NCBI RefSeq assembly: GCF_006345805.1
Contig: NC_043002.1
Coordinates: 53,754,001-53,818,000, forward strand
Length of the DNA: 64,000 bases
Origin: Octopus sinensis
Taxonomy: Eukaryota
Direction: 5' to 3'
The translations under genes were made by a program, and so were the position numbers. Positions 26,829 through 41,362 of the stretch are shown piece after piece. The notes beneath the pieces were generated by a model. It was not told where the DNA came from and made no database searches. It saw only the letters and a list, made by a program, of their open reading frames with translations. Every line of letters starts with the position of its first letter. The first letter of the stretch is position 1.

Positions 26829-26830
<2 letters not shown>
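26580..26830 (+). mobile_element. Fold-back pLTR-like element in (TA)n
   Basis: 26580-26662 is an inverted copy of 26686-26766. The right arm continues to (TA)n at ~26830. Confidence 0.8.
26668..26728 (+). ncRNA. Type I hammerhead ribozyme
   Basis: GATAA-CTGAAGA-GATG..GCGG..CCGC..CATC(C)-GAAA-CTC G GAG-T-T^TTATC. Helix I GATAA/TTATC is perfect and helix III is near-palindromic. Confidence 0.75.
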
Positions 26831-26869
<39 letters not shown>

Positions 26870-26898
26870 CTATATATATATATATTCTATATAGATAG

Positions 26899-27001
<103 letters not shown>

Positions 27002-27553
27002 ACACTTACATACATGTACTTTAAATCTATTAAAAGTAAACAATTTTCAATGATAGAAATGATATCAGTAAAACTTTAACAGGTTTTTATGTTTTTAAGA
27101 AACACATACCTTGACCTGGCAGCACCATTTCTCGTTTGCATTCAACCTTGCCTGTCAACAGTTACGGTATTGCTTAACTTATATGTAGAATATAAGCGTA
27201 ATAGTAAAAGTGTAAAGATTACATATACACACATACCTATATCCATACATTTATATATATGTGTGTATATATGTATATACATATACATAAATTTTTTTTC
27301 TGATGTTCGGTTAAAATTTAACCAATAAAGATAGTGTTATGTTGACATACATTTTCGAGCATATTTTTTTTATTAATTTTAATAATATTATGTATTTATC
27401 ATTCGATGAGACACGTTTGCACCACTGGACGCTCCTGAACCACCTTTTTAATGTCCCACCCGTGAGGGATCGATGCTAGATATGTCGAAACAATTGTAGT
27501 GATTAATAATATATCCTCGTGCATTTCATTTAACATATTTCTATATGTGTATA

Positions 27554-27626
<73 letters not shown>

Positions 27627-29695
27627 TGCTTGTGTGTGTGTATGTATGTTAATGCATTTGAAACAATACTGGATTTTTAAGGTGTCATCTGATACAAAGC
27701 TATGATTTTCTTGGTACATATTAATTGTTGCTAATACTCTGAATTTCCTAAATTCAGCATGAGAATTTTGGATTTACCTGCCATACATGAGGATTTACTT
27801 GGGATTTGTATACTACATACATTCACTAGTATCTACTTGTTGGAAATTTAACATTATTCCTTTATACCGAGATTTTACGTGATAGCTGCCATGATTTTTT
27901 AATGTTGTTCTTTTTCTATATTTGGTGACATGTTTCAGGTTTGTTTGTGCATTCATTACGTTTTTAACTTATTCTACATATTGTTTGCATTATATTATTA
28001 TATATTGTATGTATTAATATATGTATGGTATACACGCACACACATACATATACACTTCCTTCATTATCTCTTCTCTGACGGTCACAACGATTTCGACACT
28101 TTTCCATAGTAGTGTTCTCACCACTAGCCCTAAATAGCATTGTGGCTGTTCGAGAATGTCTTGGTTCTTTTGCCATGCTTAATTCCGTCTTTATCTATGC
28201 AGGCAGAATAGCAAACTGGGTGTAACTATACTAACGATGCAATATCTGTCATTTTTTACCGCTCGGTGTGGGTTTCTTCTTCGCTTTGATCATTGCTTTT
28301 CTGATACATGACTTATTAAAATCCTATCTGAAACTTTTGTTTTTATTCCATGTCATATTTGCGTATCCCTGCTCTGATATTCATCTTCATCCCTTCGTTT
28401 AATCTATTTACAATGCATTGCTCTCTCACCAATAAATTTTCTGGTCGGTCAAGTCAGTCCATTCAATATTGCCAGGGCGTGTCATCGTTATTGTTATTTG
28501 GTTTATGAATACGAGAGCTTCCTTGAAATCTACTTGCATCTTCCAGTCATTAGCACCATTCAGAAATCCGAATTTTCACTCCGGTCTGTTCACGCTTCTG
28601 TGGAGTTTCTTAATACATTGCTGTCAGATTATTGTTTTAGAGTAATTGAATGAAAATCCGATACTTAACTGGAACCCCAAGCGTATTTAAATTGGATGAA
28701 GCATATGTCACAAAAACAAACTCCAACAATGTTTAAAGTTTGCACAAATGAATATCATTAATATTCTAGACCCATTGTCTAATGTGAACAAGATATAGAA
28801 ATACATTGTACACAACCTTTAGGAAGAATTAAAACCAGGATAGTAAAATGTTTCCATTATATAATCGTAATATGATTCATTGTTCTTTTTCATGCACATT
28901 AACTTCCAAACCGCACACTTTTCATCGTATATTCCTCTTCCATATGACGAAGTTATTTCGTCTCAATATTTCATTTGCGTATGTTATTCTCGTAACACAT
29001 TCATTTTTCCTTTATACATCTCTGTCTAGCGTATATGTCATCCATATCATTTGCAGGATAGTCTCTACCATACAAACAACTCCTTTCACGATCCATTTCT
29101 TTCTTGTCAATAATCTTGGTTGGAACAAATTTACGATGGGATACGTCGAAACCTGCAGCATCATGCCGCAGTGCGCTGTGGCCTCTTAAATTCTTCTACA
29201 TGGAATTTTAAAGCCAACTAGACTTTCTTCAGTAGAAGTTTACGACTCAGCTCATACAAAACATGGTAGTATTTCAACCCCACCGCACAGAAATATACAA
29301 ACAAATGGGAAAAAATATACATACACACGCAAATATGTGTGTATATATTTAGGAGTATTTGTGAGTATACACACAATCAATTTTGTGTATGTATTCATGT
29401 AAGTATATATTATTATGTATTACGTATTTATTCATAATGTTTATTTGCACGGTTATGTTTGTATTCATCTAATAAAACCGCTGTACACAAATTTGTTGAA
29501 TGAAATATGAGAGATAAGTGAACAACCGCAGCCTCTATAAGCCTTGTAAATGGTACGAACTACTTTAAAGCATAATGCGAAAGTAAAGATGCACTTTTGT
29601 TTTTCTCCTTTGGCCATTATCGTGGTATGAGTTTCCGATGCCATTGAGACATTTACCGCACATTTCCATTAAGACAGACGTTACAGCAGCACTTA

Positions 29696-29754
<59 letters not shown>

Positions 29755-29941
29755 CGCACCTGTATGAGAAAGTATTTATCCGAAAAAAAAGTAACTACAC
29801 ACACACTTCTTAAGGAGAAGAAATGGAGAATAGTAAAAAAAAAAAAAAATAACAGAAGTTATATGCAGAAGAACATACAACAATTTTACGAAGTTATTAT
29901 ATTCCCTTTCACACAAATAAAAAACGGCGCATTCATATTAT

Positions 29942-29985
<44 letters not shown>

Positions 29986-30033
29986 TATTATATATATATA
30001 GATATATATATATATATATTGTATATATATGTA

Positions 30034-30088
<55 letters not shown>

Positions 30089-30426
30089 AATATATGTAAA
30101 GATATATATTACCTATGTATGTATGTATATATATATATAATCCATACATGTATTATGTGTGTATGTGTGGTTAAAATTAACATTGACGTATGAGCATGAA
30201 TACCAGAAAGTAATCTTTATCTCCAACCTAACGGGAAGATTGTGTTAGAATACAGAATATGCATTATCTATCTTGAGAGAACCTGTTGTATTGACCCATG
30301 GTGCATAAGAGCACTCTTATTTATACCGTTGACAGGCGAAAACCGTATGCTACGGCTGCACTAACAGCCACATCACGTGTTCTCGCTCCGTATTGCGCTC
30401 TGTACCTAGTAGCATATGTATCTTGT

Positions 30427-30485
<59 letters not shown>

Positions 30486-30656
30486 GGCGCAGGAGTGGCT
30501 GTGTGGTAAGTAGCTTGCTTACCAACCATATGGTTCCGGGTTCAGTCCCACTGCGTGGCATCTTGTGCAACTGTCTTCTGCTATAGCCTCGGGTCGATCA
30601 ATGCCTTGTGAGTGGATGTGGTAGACGGAATCTGAAAGAAGCCTGTCGGATATATG

Positions 30657-30708
<52 letters not shown>

Positions 30709-30930
30709 ATGTTTGTGTGTCTGTGTTTATCCCCCTAGCATTGCTTGACAACCGATGCTGGTGTGTTTAAGTCCCCGTCACTTAGCGGTTCGGCAAAAAG
30801 AGACCGATAGAATAAGTACTGGGCTTACAAAGAATGAGTCCCGGGGTCGAGTTGCTCGATTAAAGGCGGTGTTCCAGCATGGCCGCAGTCAAATGACTGA
30901 AACAAGTAAAAGAGAAAATAAAAGAAAATA
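30486..30930 (+). mobile_element. tRNA-derived SINE family A, full length
   Basis: GGCGCAGGAGTGGCTGTGTGGTAAG (A box), GGTTCAGTCCC (B box), internal (TA)n, and 3' tail GGCGGTGTTCCAGCATGGCCGCAGTCAAATGACTGAAACAAGTAAAAGA. Confidence 0.9.
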
Positions 30931-31418
30931 TATATATATATACACACGTACATAGATACATGAATAAAATAGTGCTTAGCATTTTGGCCATGGAAATTTG
31001 AAAGTATGTAACTGCATCTATTTATTTTCTTTCTACATTCTTAAATATAGATTTTACTCGCGGGATTCATGGTTTGTTGACATTTACCAGAAAACAATTG
31101 CATAATCTTCTTTTTTTTTTTTCGTCGACGAAGAGAAGTAATAGCTAATTGCTATTGAAATCAAATACCAAGCTAATTTGGATATCATGCATTTGGCAAA
31201 ATCCCAAAAGAAGCGTAGAAGTATCTATGTGCAGGAACATGTGAAACAGGCACAAATAGCATATCTTTGACTATAAATTGTAATCACTCATTGATGAGTT
31301 AAAATATTCCATATTTTGTTTATAAAAGTAAGTTTTAAACGTTTTAACGTAAGTTAAAGCACAGATAACCTGGCGTTTTGTATTACCATTTTCGCTTTTC
31401 TATTCTATGTATATGTGG

Positions 31419-31700
31419 AGGCGCAATGGCCCAGTGGTTAGGGCAGCGGACTCGCGGTCGGAGGATTGCGGTATCGATTCTCAGACCGGGCGTTGTGTGT
31501 GTTTATTGAGCGAAAGCAGCTAAAAAGCTCCACGATGCTCCGTCAGGGGGATGTGGTGACCCCTGCTGTACTCTTTCGCCACAACTGTCTCTCACTCTCT
31601 CTTCCTGTTTTTTGAGTAACGCTGCGATGGACTGGCGTCCTGTCCAGCTTGGGGAAACACATGCCACAGAAACAGGGAAACCGGGCCCATGAGCTTGAAA
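31419..31700 (+). mobile_element. tRNA-derived SINE with a conserved-domain-like core
   Basis: GGCGCAATGGCCCAGTGGTTAGGGCAGCGGACTCGCGGTCGGAGGATTGCGGTATCGATTC (tRNA head). GCTGCGATGGACTGGCGTCCTGTCCAG resembles a SINE central domain I recall from other metazoans (V-like). Confidence 0.8.
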
Positions 31701-31726
31701 AGGGCTACGTTTATCGTTATTCTCTT

Positions 31727-31775
<49 letters not shown>

Positions 31776-31931
31776 TATATTATTTAGAGCCAAAACCACT
31801 ATTATGCAAATCAAACAAATAAAGACTTAAGCCAATACATAAAAAAATTTTATAATATAATATTTTACTATAAAATTAGATTCAATCCTAAATCTAACTT
31901 TTCCCTGTAATTTGGATTTATTCCCTAATAT

Positions 31932-32071
<140 letters not shown>

Positions 32072-32639
32072 TAGATATAGATATATATATATATACATAT
32101 ATATATATGTATATATATGTGTGTGTGTGTAACTGAAATTATTTACACCAAAGTAAAGATGGGATTGATAATAACATTTCACGGAAGGTTTTCATTGTTC
32201 CAATTATTTTAAGTACTTTTATTTTTCTGATGTTTTACGTTATTATTTTGTGTAGTTCTTTCGAGTGTATATGGACTAAATGAAACTTAGCAATGATTTT
32301 GGCGTTAATCCAGCTGACAGCAGAGCAGTTTCACTGCCAAGTGGAACGAAAAGTAGATATAACAAAAGAGAGAAATAAGAAGGGAACTGTGGAAAACGAA
32401 GAAAGAACGAAAGAAATTCTCATCAACCAACGAATAATAAAATGCAAGGAATACAGAAAGTCGATAATAAATTAAATTCATTTCTAACAGGATTAAAATA
32501 ACATCCAAGGGTTTGCCTTTCCTCAACTTTTAATAGACCAGCAACGATAATTTCTCTTCTTCCACGAAAGAGCACTGACCTAGTTTATTTATATCCATGT
32601 GTATGATGTGTGTATATATGTTTGTATACACAAATGCAA

Positions 32640-32680
<41 letters not shown>

Positions 32681-34479
32681 CACACATACACACACGCATA
32701 TATATATATATATATATACATATATATATGAACCTATGCGTATGAGTGTTGCCCTACGCTATAAATGTTGTTTAATCTTAGTTATTTCTAATGGTAAACA
32801 AAATAAACGTTAGTTATGCACATTTGTACACAAGTATGTGTATGTATTTGTGTCGGAATTTGTAATCGAATATGTTATGAGTATTCGGGTATGCGTTGAC
32901 ATATGAAAAACGAATCTCATTTTTCATCCCACCCTCGTTAATGGTATCGTTCCGAGCGGTTTCGAATCTAGCTGGTGTCTTCCTCAGAGTCCATCTACCT
33001 TCTCAATGTGTCCACCGGTAGAGAAACAAAAATTACAGGTATTTATAGTCAGACCATTTTATGATAATGTTCAGTCTGTTATTCTGATTTGCATCAATTG
33101 TTCTTTTTATGGCAGGTGACTTCCTTCAATCCATGTGCTGTCCCACGTTTATGAAAACCAAGTTGCCCAAACTTTGAGGCCCTTTGGGTGAGTCTCCAGT
33201 GATGTGACGTCATGTCGCTTTACATCTTTGAACAGGTCCTTAGACTAAGTTTCTGTAACACTATATGGCAGAATTATTTTTATGAAGCCAAACTAGAAAC
33301 TGGAGCTTTCTCTACACATTATATGGAGGGACCGTATATATCTTCTGCAAAGTACAGGCAGAGTGAGACATCAGACCGAGATGATAAGACAATACACCTG
33401 TTCATTCGCAAGTACCGTATGTTTTGTGTTTGTGTGAGTGTGCGCACGCATGCTCGTGTGTACGTGTTTGACAGAGATATATAACGTACGCAAGTATGTA
33501 CATAAACGTACAGCTGTACGCATGCAGTGAATCTACCAATCGTCTTACTCAGGAGATTATGTAGTCATTTTCTCCTGACATTTTGCAGCTCTCCCTCTTT
33601 CTCTTTCTCTCTCTCTCTCTCTACACACACACACAAACACGCACATACACATACACACACACATATATATGAGAGAGAAGGAGGAGATATAAAGGGAGAA
33701 AGCTATATTTCAACGTAACAAAATAAAGAAATATTTAGATAGGTAGATAGATATATAGATACACAGATACACACATAAGCACACACATATGCAGGCACGG
33801 ACACTCATACACACATACAGTTACACACACACACTCACAAACACACACATGCACACACACTGTCACACACTCGCATACAAGCTTAAATGCAAGCAATATT
33901 CCATTTATATCAATGCACAAAATTCTGTTCCAGATCAATGCATTTGTTTACTTTCTTACATTTTAGTTCAGCTGCGATCGATAAAATCATTGTAATTAAG
34001 GGAACCCTATTACAGAAACTACTCAAATTGATCAAAGACAATGAAAGAAGAATGATTCAATATCTTCAGCCATATGACTAATAAAATAAAAGGCGATTTT
34101 CCTCAACATATTTCTTAAAGTACATCAGCTTCTGGTATGATACGATGGCAAATGACACATTTCTTTTACCATTCATCACTAATCAGCTCCACATAATCTT
34201 TCCCTCCCTCACACGCACGACAGAACTCTATCCCTACATACCTACATCTCTCTATTTCTCTCTCTCACTTTTCTCTCTCTCTCTCTCTCTCTCTCTGACG
34301 TCTTTCTCGTTCTTACTGTTTGAATACTTAAAAAATGTGTGTGTAGTACATGGATATCAGTCACTTCCAATGATGACGTTTCGGTTGATCGATCAACATT
34401 GTTTTAGCGTATAAACGGTTTAACGTTTGGCGAAATCGGTGTTATACCCTATCTGACAATGTCTTATGTTTGAATCACT

Positions 34480-34960
34480 GCTACATTCAACCAGAGGAGC
34501 TCATTCACATATTCCTTCAACTCACTTCCTTTCAAAAGCCTTGGTGAGACTCCAGGCAAATGCTTGATAATTCGTGATTATGAAGTGATCTTCTTAACCA
34601 TTCGTAAATAAAGCAGCCACTGGATCAATATATGAATGCCCTTTATTAAGTTCATTAATCTTGTACGGGATTCCTTTTTATTTTCCAAAACACGAAACAA
34701 TCCTCCGGAAACCTTTCCTTGTTATATTTTAAGTGGGATTGTAAATGCAGATCAAAAGTAATCCAACATTCGGCATAGACTATTTTTCTACAAGGAATTT
34801 CACCACTAATGATCTTTGCTGTCTCTTTCTCTTAAAGCTAATATTTGTTTTCAAAACTGCTTTTCTATCGAGATTCGTTATACTTCTAGTGTAAATTCTT
34901 TTGAGAATCTTTCATCAGTCGTCCTTAGGAATGAGTAATTCATCCTCATGGCTCCAACGG
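34480..34960 (-). pseudogene. Possible highly decayed LINE RT fragment
   Basis: Minus strand SFKRKRQQRSLVVKFLVEK resembles the GFR..R...D....L..L.EK RT region. Many stops. Confidence 0.3.
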
Positions 34961-35033
34961 GCGAGCATGCTCATATATAAATACATGCATACACACACAC
35001 ACTCACGGACAAACAAACACACACACACGTATA

Positions 35034-35245
35034 TCCTTTCTACAGGAAGCCCAAGGCCTCAAATTTGGGGGAAGAGATTAATTCGATTACATCGACCTAC
35101 TGCGTAACTGGTACTAATTTCATCGACCTCGAAAGGATGAAAGGCAAAGTCAACTTCGGTGGAATTTGAACTCGAAACGTAACAGCAGACGAAATACCGC
35201 TAAGCATTTCGGCCGGCGTGCTAACTATTCTGCCAGTTCGCCGCA
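35034..35245 (-). mobile_element. tRNA-derived SINE family B
   Basis: Minus strand: GGCGAACTGGCAGAATAGTTAGCACGCCGG...GAGTTCAAATTCC (B box)...TTTGCCTTTCATCCTTTCGAGGTCGATG...GTACCAGTT. Confidence 0.85.
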
Positions 35246-35273
35246 TTGCACACACTCATACACAGGCACATGA

Positions 35274-35307
<34 letters not shown>

Positions 35308-35427
35308 TATATATGAATGTATGTATGTATGAATGTGTGTATGTATACTTATTTGGAAATGAATACGTAACGTTCAGTTAAATAATAATATAATAATATA
35401 TATGTATATATTTATACACACGCACAT

Positions 35428-35490
<63 letters not shown>

Positions 35491-35496
35491 TCCATG

Positions 35497-36086
<590 letters not shown>

Positions 36087-36149
36087 CATATATATATATA
36101 TATTTATATATATATGTATGTATATATATATATATATATGTGTGTAATT

Positions 36150-37271
36150 CATTTTTTACCCCTCTGCGAAAAGATCTCAGAATTTTAATTGATTTGCTTT
36201 TCGCAAGAAGGAAAGTTTCTTGTCGAAGATACATCTCGCTTTTATCCTTCGAAACGTAGAGTAGATGAAACCATAGCGACTGAAGAAGGGTTTTTTTGTT
36301 TGTGTTAATTGTCCTGTATTCTATTTTTTTTTTGCTGTTTTTACATAAATGTCCAGTTCCTTTGGTTTGTGTCTATGTTTTCGTTTCTCCTTGTGTTCGA
36401 CGTCCCTTTGGTGTCCTGTACTCATATATGCGTGTATATGTACATGTAGAGGTAGGTACGTACATATATGTTTATATATGTGCATATGTTTTATTTCATT
36501 TATTAATATATTATATGACAAAACGCACGCACCCCCTTAAGTAAGATTGTTCTGTATATCAAGTTTTGGTCTTGATATTAACTCTGACGCGCACTCTTCA
36601 CCTTTCTGTCCCATCCCTATTCTTTGATTTTCTTTTTCCTCTACTTAACTTGTCTCTTCCTCTCTCTCTCATTCTTCACTCTCTCTCTCCCCCTCACAAT
36701 TCTTCATGGTTTCCTCGCAGCCATTCCCCTTCTTCTCTCCCTTCCTCTTGCTCCCCCTCCCCCCTTCCCGTCGTCCACCCGCGACGATACTTCCGCTCTG
36801 ACTGTCTTTCTGGCCTGGCCTTTCAAGGTAACTGGACGACATTCTTCCTGCTCCCCTGTCGTTCACAAAAAATTCTGCGTTTGCAATACTTTTTTTCGTT
36901 CGGCGTCAACAGCCCTTCTTATCTTGTTTTTCCCTGTCCTGTCTTTTACTGTTTATATTTTTGTACTGTCGTTACTGTCCTGTTCTTTTACCATTGTTTT
37001 ACCATTTTTTTACCATTTTTTACCCCTCTGCGAAAAGATCTCAGAATTTTAATTGATTTGCTTTTCGTAGGAAGGAAAGTTTCTTGTCGAAGATATGTCT
37101 CGCTTTTATCCTTCGAAACGTAGAGTAGATGAAACCATAGCGACTGAAGAAGTGTTTTTTCTTTGTGTTAATTGTTCTGTACTCCATTTTTTGTTGTTTT
37201 TTAAAAAAATGTCCAGTTCCTTTGGTTTGTGTCTATGTTTTCGTTTCTCTTTGTGTTCGACGTCCCTTTGT
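36150..37271 (+). mobile_element. Partial-tandem element: ~260-bp direct repeats (period 864 bp) around a CT-rich body
   Basis: 36150-36411 matches 37014-37271. Each repeat has CCTTCGAAACGTA...CTGAAGAAG. Confidence 0.8.
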
Positions 37272-38719
37272 TGGGGAGAGGAGGCAATGAAATATCTTCA
37301 TGTAACACGACACAGTCATTTAGATGGATAGGGATTTCTAAGAATGTAGTGAATACTTGTCAGCACAATCTTTTGGATTTCTCTGAGACATGATTCTCCT
37401 GAGATCTTATCTAGATGTTTCTGACATCCCTTTTTTTATCATAACCTACAATAAAAAGAACAGTTCTCGCTTTAAGATGCCACATCTTTTGTATTTCAAT
37501 TTCCAGGTCCGTATATTTACTTAGTTTGTCAAGAAAATTGGCAGATATATATTTATTAGTGGGAACATTTATATCTATTAGTGTACAATTATTATCTCCC
37601 TTGTCTATAATAATTATGTCTGGTCGATTAGCCTGGACCGTCCAGTCAGTGTTGACAGAAAAATCGCAAAGGATAGCGACATTTTACCATCAACGACTGG
37701 CTTAGGATGATATTAGTACCAGTAAGTAGGAGGGCTGACTTTGTAGTGTTTACATATTTTCCAATGTAAATACTGTCCTACACTATCGTGACAATTTGTA
37801 AATTCGTCTGGTGTCAGCACAGGACGTCCCGAGACGAGATGGTCTATTGTTTCGTCAAATGTATGTCAGAAATTGCATTTAGGAATTTAGGATCAGAACC
37901 ATTTTGAAGAACGTTTGCCTGGTAGTTTTTTGAGCAAGCTTTGTAACGCCAATATGAAACCTTCAGTCTCTGCTTTCCGTATGAACTTCTCAGTCACTGA
38001 TGATTTATTGCTTGATTTACATCTGTATTTCGACTTCGGAGTATAAACTGTCCTTGCAGAGTGTTCTGGCCCCAAAACTCCTCAATTTGTTTCTGCCCGT
38101 TCTTTTGTACAGTATGCTTGATCCATTTTGCTTGTTTTGTGGTAATGGTTTCATATTCTTCAATTAGTTTAGGGTTAATGGCAAGCTCCCTTGCGAATCA
38201 GCAAGATTCCTTGACAATCGAATGTGACTTTTTCCTATTTTTGTGTTTGCACACAGGTCGCAACATCCAGCCCTCTGTACTAGATAAGAACCTTGCTATT
38301 GTGGAGATGACCTTATAGCACAGTTATTCCCCCATTACTTCTAGGTAGATACAGACGATTGAAACCTGCTTTTGGGTGGTGCATGTTCTTAGAAGTTAGT
38401 ATTTTTCTTGTCTTCCTCTCGAGGCGTTGGAGCTCTGTAAGATTCCATTTAATGATGTTAAAACTATATTGGTCTACAGGAAGTTCCAGGGTGTTAGTGC
38501 CTTCGATGCGATCTTTAGAGCTGAGTTCAGATTTTAGTATGAATCTTAATCTCTTGTCATATTCTTTTCTTATTTTTTTCCTTCTTAGTACCATGTTGTG
38601 TACCATCTACTTCGTTTATCCCCAGGTATTTGTAATTTTCCTGTGGGCCAAGCTCCTTGATGGTAGTGTCGGTATCTAATTTAATTGAAGTTGTATGCCT
38701 TACCTTGCCTCTTACAAGA

Positions 38720-38720
<1 letters not shown>
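37272..38720 (-). pseudogene. 5'-truncated Dong/R4-clade non-LTR retrotransposon (RT thumb, CCHC, restriction-like endonuclease)
   Basis: YSFNIIKWNLTELQRLERKTRKILT...HHPKA..RLYLPRSNGG, ETIDHLVSG, HDSVGQYLHWKICKHY, NRPDIIIIDK...LIDINVP...DKLSKYTDL. Abuts (TTA)n at 38721. Confidence 0.85.
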
Positions 38721-38804
<84 letters not shown>

Positions 38805-39086
38805 TTGGGACTAATGGGTATATGCCGATTAATGTATTTAAGTATTGAGTAGAGCACTGGTACAGTTTGGGCTACCTGGTGTCATCCACAGTCGGACTAT
38901 ATTTTCGTTGGATCTACTTCAAGAATACTGCAGAGTTAGCTAAGATAATAATTATTGCTTTAGTAACGAGAAGATGGATTTTGTATTAATCTTTATTTCG
39001 TACAACGGTCGTTTCGACCCATCCTGCTACTGTCCCTTATCAAGATGAGTTGCAACAATTTTGCAGTCCGAGTCTCATGAGATACA

Positions 39087-41362
39087 TCTATACATAAAAA
39101 TGTGTGTTTCGCTAAAGATCCCGAGTTTTGACTGTCATGTTATATGCCCGTCTGGTTCGGGAATAAAGCATCACTACAATATTGTATTACTATTATCTGT
39201 TTTCAATGAGTTGCAATCTCTTTTAAATATAGACACATAATTGTGGATAAAAAAAGTTCGTAGGGGAAGTTAATGGATGGATAGGGGTGGATTGAGCTAC
39301 ATTGGGTTTAAAACAGAGGAATGCTATTAGAAAAAGGAAGGGAGAGATATATATGCAGGCTATGATATTTAACGGGCGAAAGTGTCAGTGTGTGTGTGTG
39401 CGTGTGTTTGTACACGTATCCCTGATCTAAGTTATCTAGCTCAATAACCTTTCGCCCCCTGTATGATTTTATTTCTTCTCTAGCTGTCTATTTCCTTCTC
39501 TTTCTTTATCTCTTCCTTTCTCCCTTTCTCTCCCTCTTTGTTTCTCTCCTCTTTTTCTTCTCTCTTTCTTTCCCCTCACTAAAAGAACACACACATACAC
39601 ACATCTTTCCCAATCTTCTTCATAATTACAACAATACAGATTGGATCTGTGAGCGGACTATCCTGGCTCCAAAATATGTTGCAGTATTTAGCATTAATAA
39701 TATGCTATTGAATAAGCTTCCAAGAGAAATATTCACTTATAACTCAATTGACAGTATTGTTGATGATCAGCATAGTGTTAACTACCCCATCGAATTTTTT
39801 AACTTACTAGAACCACCAGGTACACTTCCTCATTGTTTTCAGCTGAAAAAAAAAGGACTCCTATCATGCTATTGCGTAATTTATCAACCGAAATTATGCA
39901 ATGGGACAAGATTAATTGTGCATAGACTTATGAGGAACTACAATGCGGCAAATATTTTCACTGGTTGTGATAAGTGTGACACTGTTTTCATTCCTCGCAT
40001 GCAAGTAATACCATCTAATGTCCATTCCAATTTAAATGGTTACAGTTTCCTGAGTTTCCTTTGCTATGAGCATTAATAAAATTAGGGCCAAACACAAAAA
40101 GTTTATAGATTGCAACTAAGAACCATGCTTTTCACATGGCCAAATTTATGTGGGAGTATAAAGCAAATCATTTTGCTTATGCACCACGAAAAAAAAACAA
40201 AAAACATTGTCTATAAAGAAATATTCATTCTTAATGCAACATCACTGTTTCAATATTTCAATAACTTAATTTCCCATTAATATCATTACATTCAAGAATG
40301 ACTAAATTACCTATTTCAGTGAACTGCATTATGTAATTGCCATTACTGTATTGATAAATATAATAAAAATATGAACTCACTTTTGACGTTTTCAAGAGAT
40401 CAGTCAGCAGGGCAGCTTTTGAAACTCGGTGAAAGGAGAGTTCGAATTTGATGAAGAAGTGTTTATTATACCCAATGCAGAATATAATAAGATTCCGTTG
40501 ATGATCTGATATATGAAACATTTCCTAATTTTCTTTATAATAACAAGAACACAGATTACATATGTTCCTCTACATACTATTAATAATAAGCTATTGAATA
40601 AACTTCCAGAAGTCTTCATTTATAACTCAATTGATGATCAGGTTAGTGTCAACTACCCCATCAAATTCTTTAACTAACTACAACCACCAGCAACAGCGCC
40701 TCATTTTCTTCAGTTGAACAAAAAGGGACTCCTCTTATGTCTCAATCAAAATTATGCAATGGTACAAGATTAATTGCGCATAAACTTCATTCACCCAAAC
40801 TTTCTCACTGTTTGTAGTAAAGGCTTATATACCCCGAAATAAAACAAACCACATAGTTCACGCAGAAATATTTATTCTTAATGCAACATGAATATTCCAA
40901 TAACGTCATTTACCAACACTATCACTATATTCAAGAATGAATAAATTACCTATTTCAATGAACTGTATCATATAATTGTCACTACTGTATTGATAAATAA
41001 AATAACACAATCTCAATTATTATCATTATCATGTAATAAACAAACAGAACTTCATGTATAAAAATGATATTTTTCTACTTCTGTTATTACATGTTCTTCT
41101 CTTATAAAAATATTGTATCATTGCCATTACTGTATAGATAGACAAAAATAATACATTCAACACTTTATTATTGTCATATCATAAACAAACCCAAGTTCAC
41201 GTATAATATTGATCTTTATCCTACTTCAATTGTTACATGTTTTCCTCTTCTAAAAATACACACATACAAGAGGAGTAAATTATACATATAATAAAACTTT
41301 TAATGTGGCTCCCGATAAAAAGTAAAAGTAATTACCCGATCAACCACGGGTTTTACTGCTAG
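39087..41362 (+). mobile_element. Non-autonomous Helitron with PIF1-helicase remnants
   Basis: 5' A|TCTATACATAAAAA. 3' hairpin ACCCG-ATCAACCA-CGGGT (41334-41351) followed by CTAG|T. 39640-40220 encodes RTILAPK...INN...YNSID...NYPIEFFNLLEPPG.LPH...LCNGTRL...VFIPR, with a second decayed copy at ~40590-40900. Confidence 0.85.

Noticed and set aside
28050-28700. Possible decayed RTE-like 3' region on the minus strand
   Set aside because: Only a vague resemblance, with no motif I can state with confidence.
31419-31492. Possible tRNA gene
   Set aside because: B box is mutated, there is no clean acceptor stem, and it continues into a SINE body.
33040-33420. Higher-complexity segment, possible exon or transposase relic
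   Set aside because: No convincing frame, motif or splice pair found.
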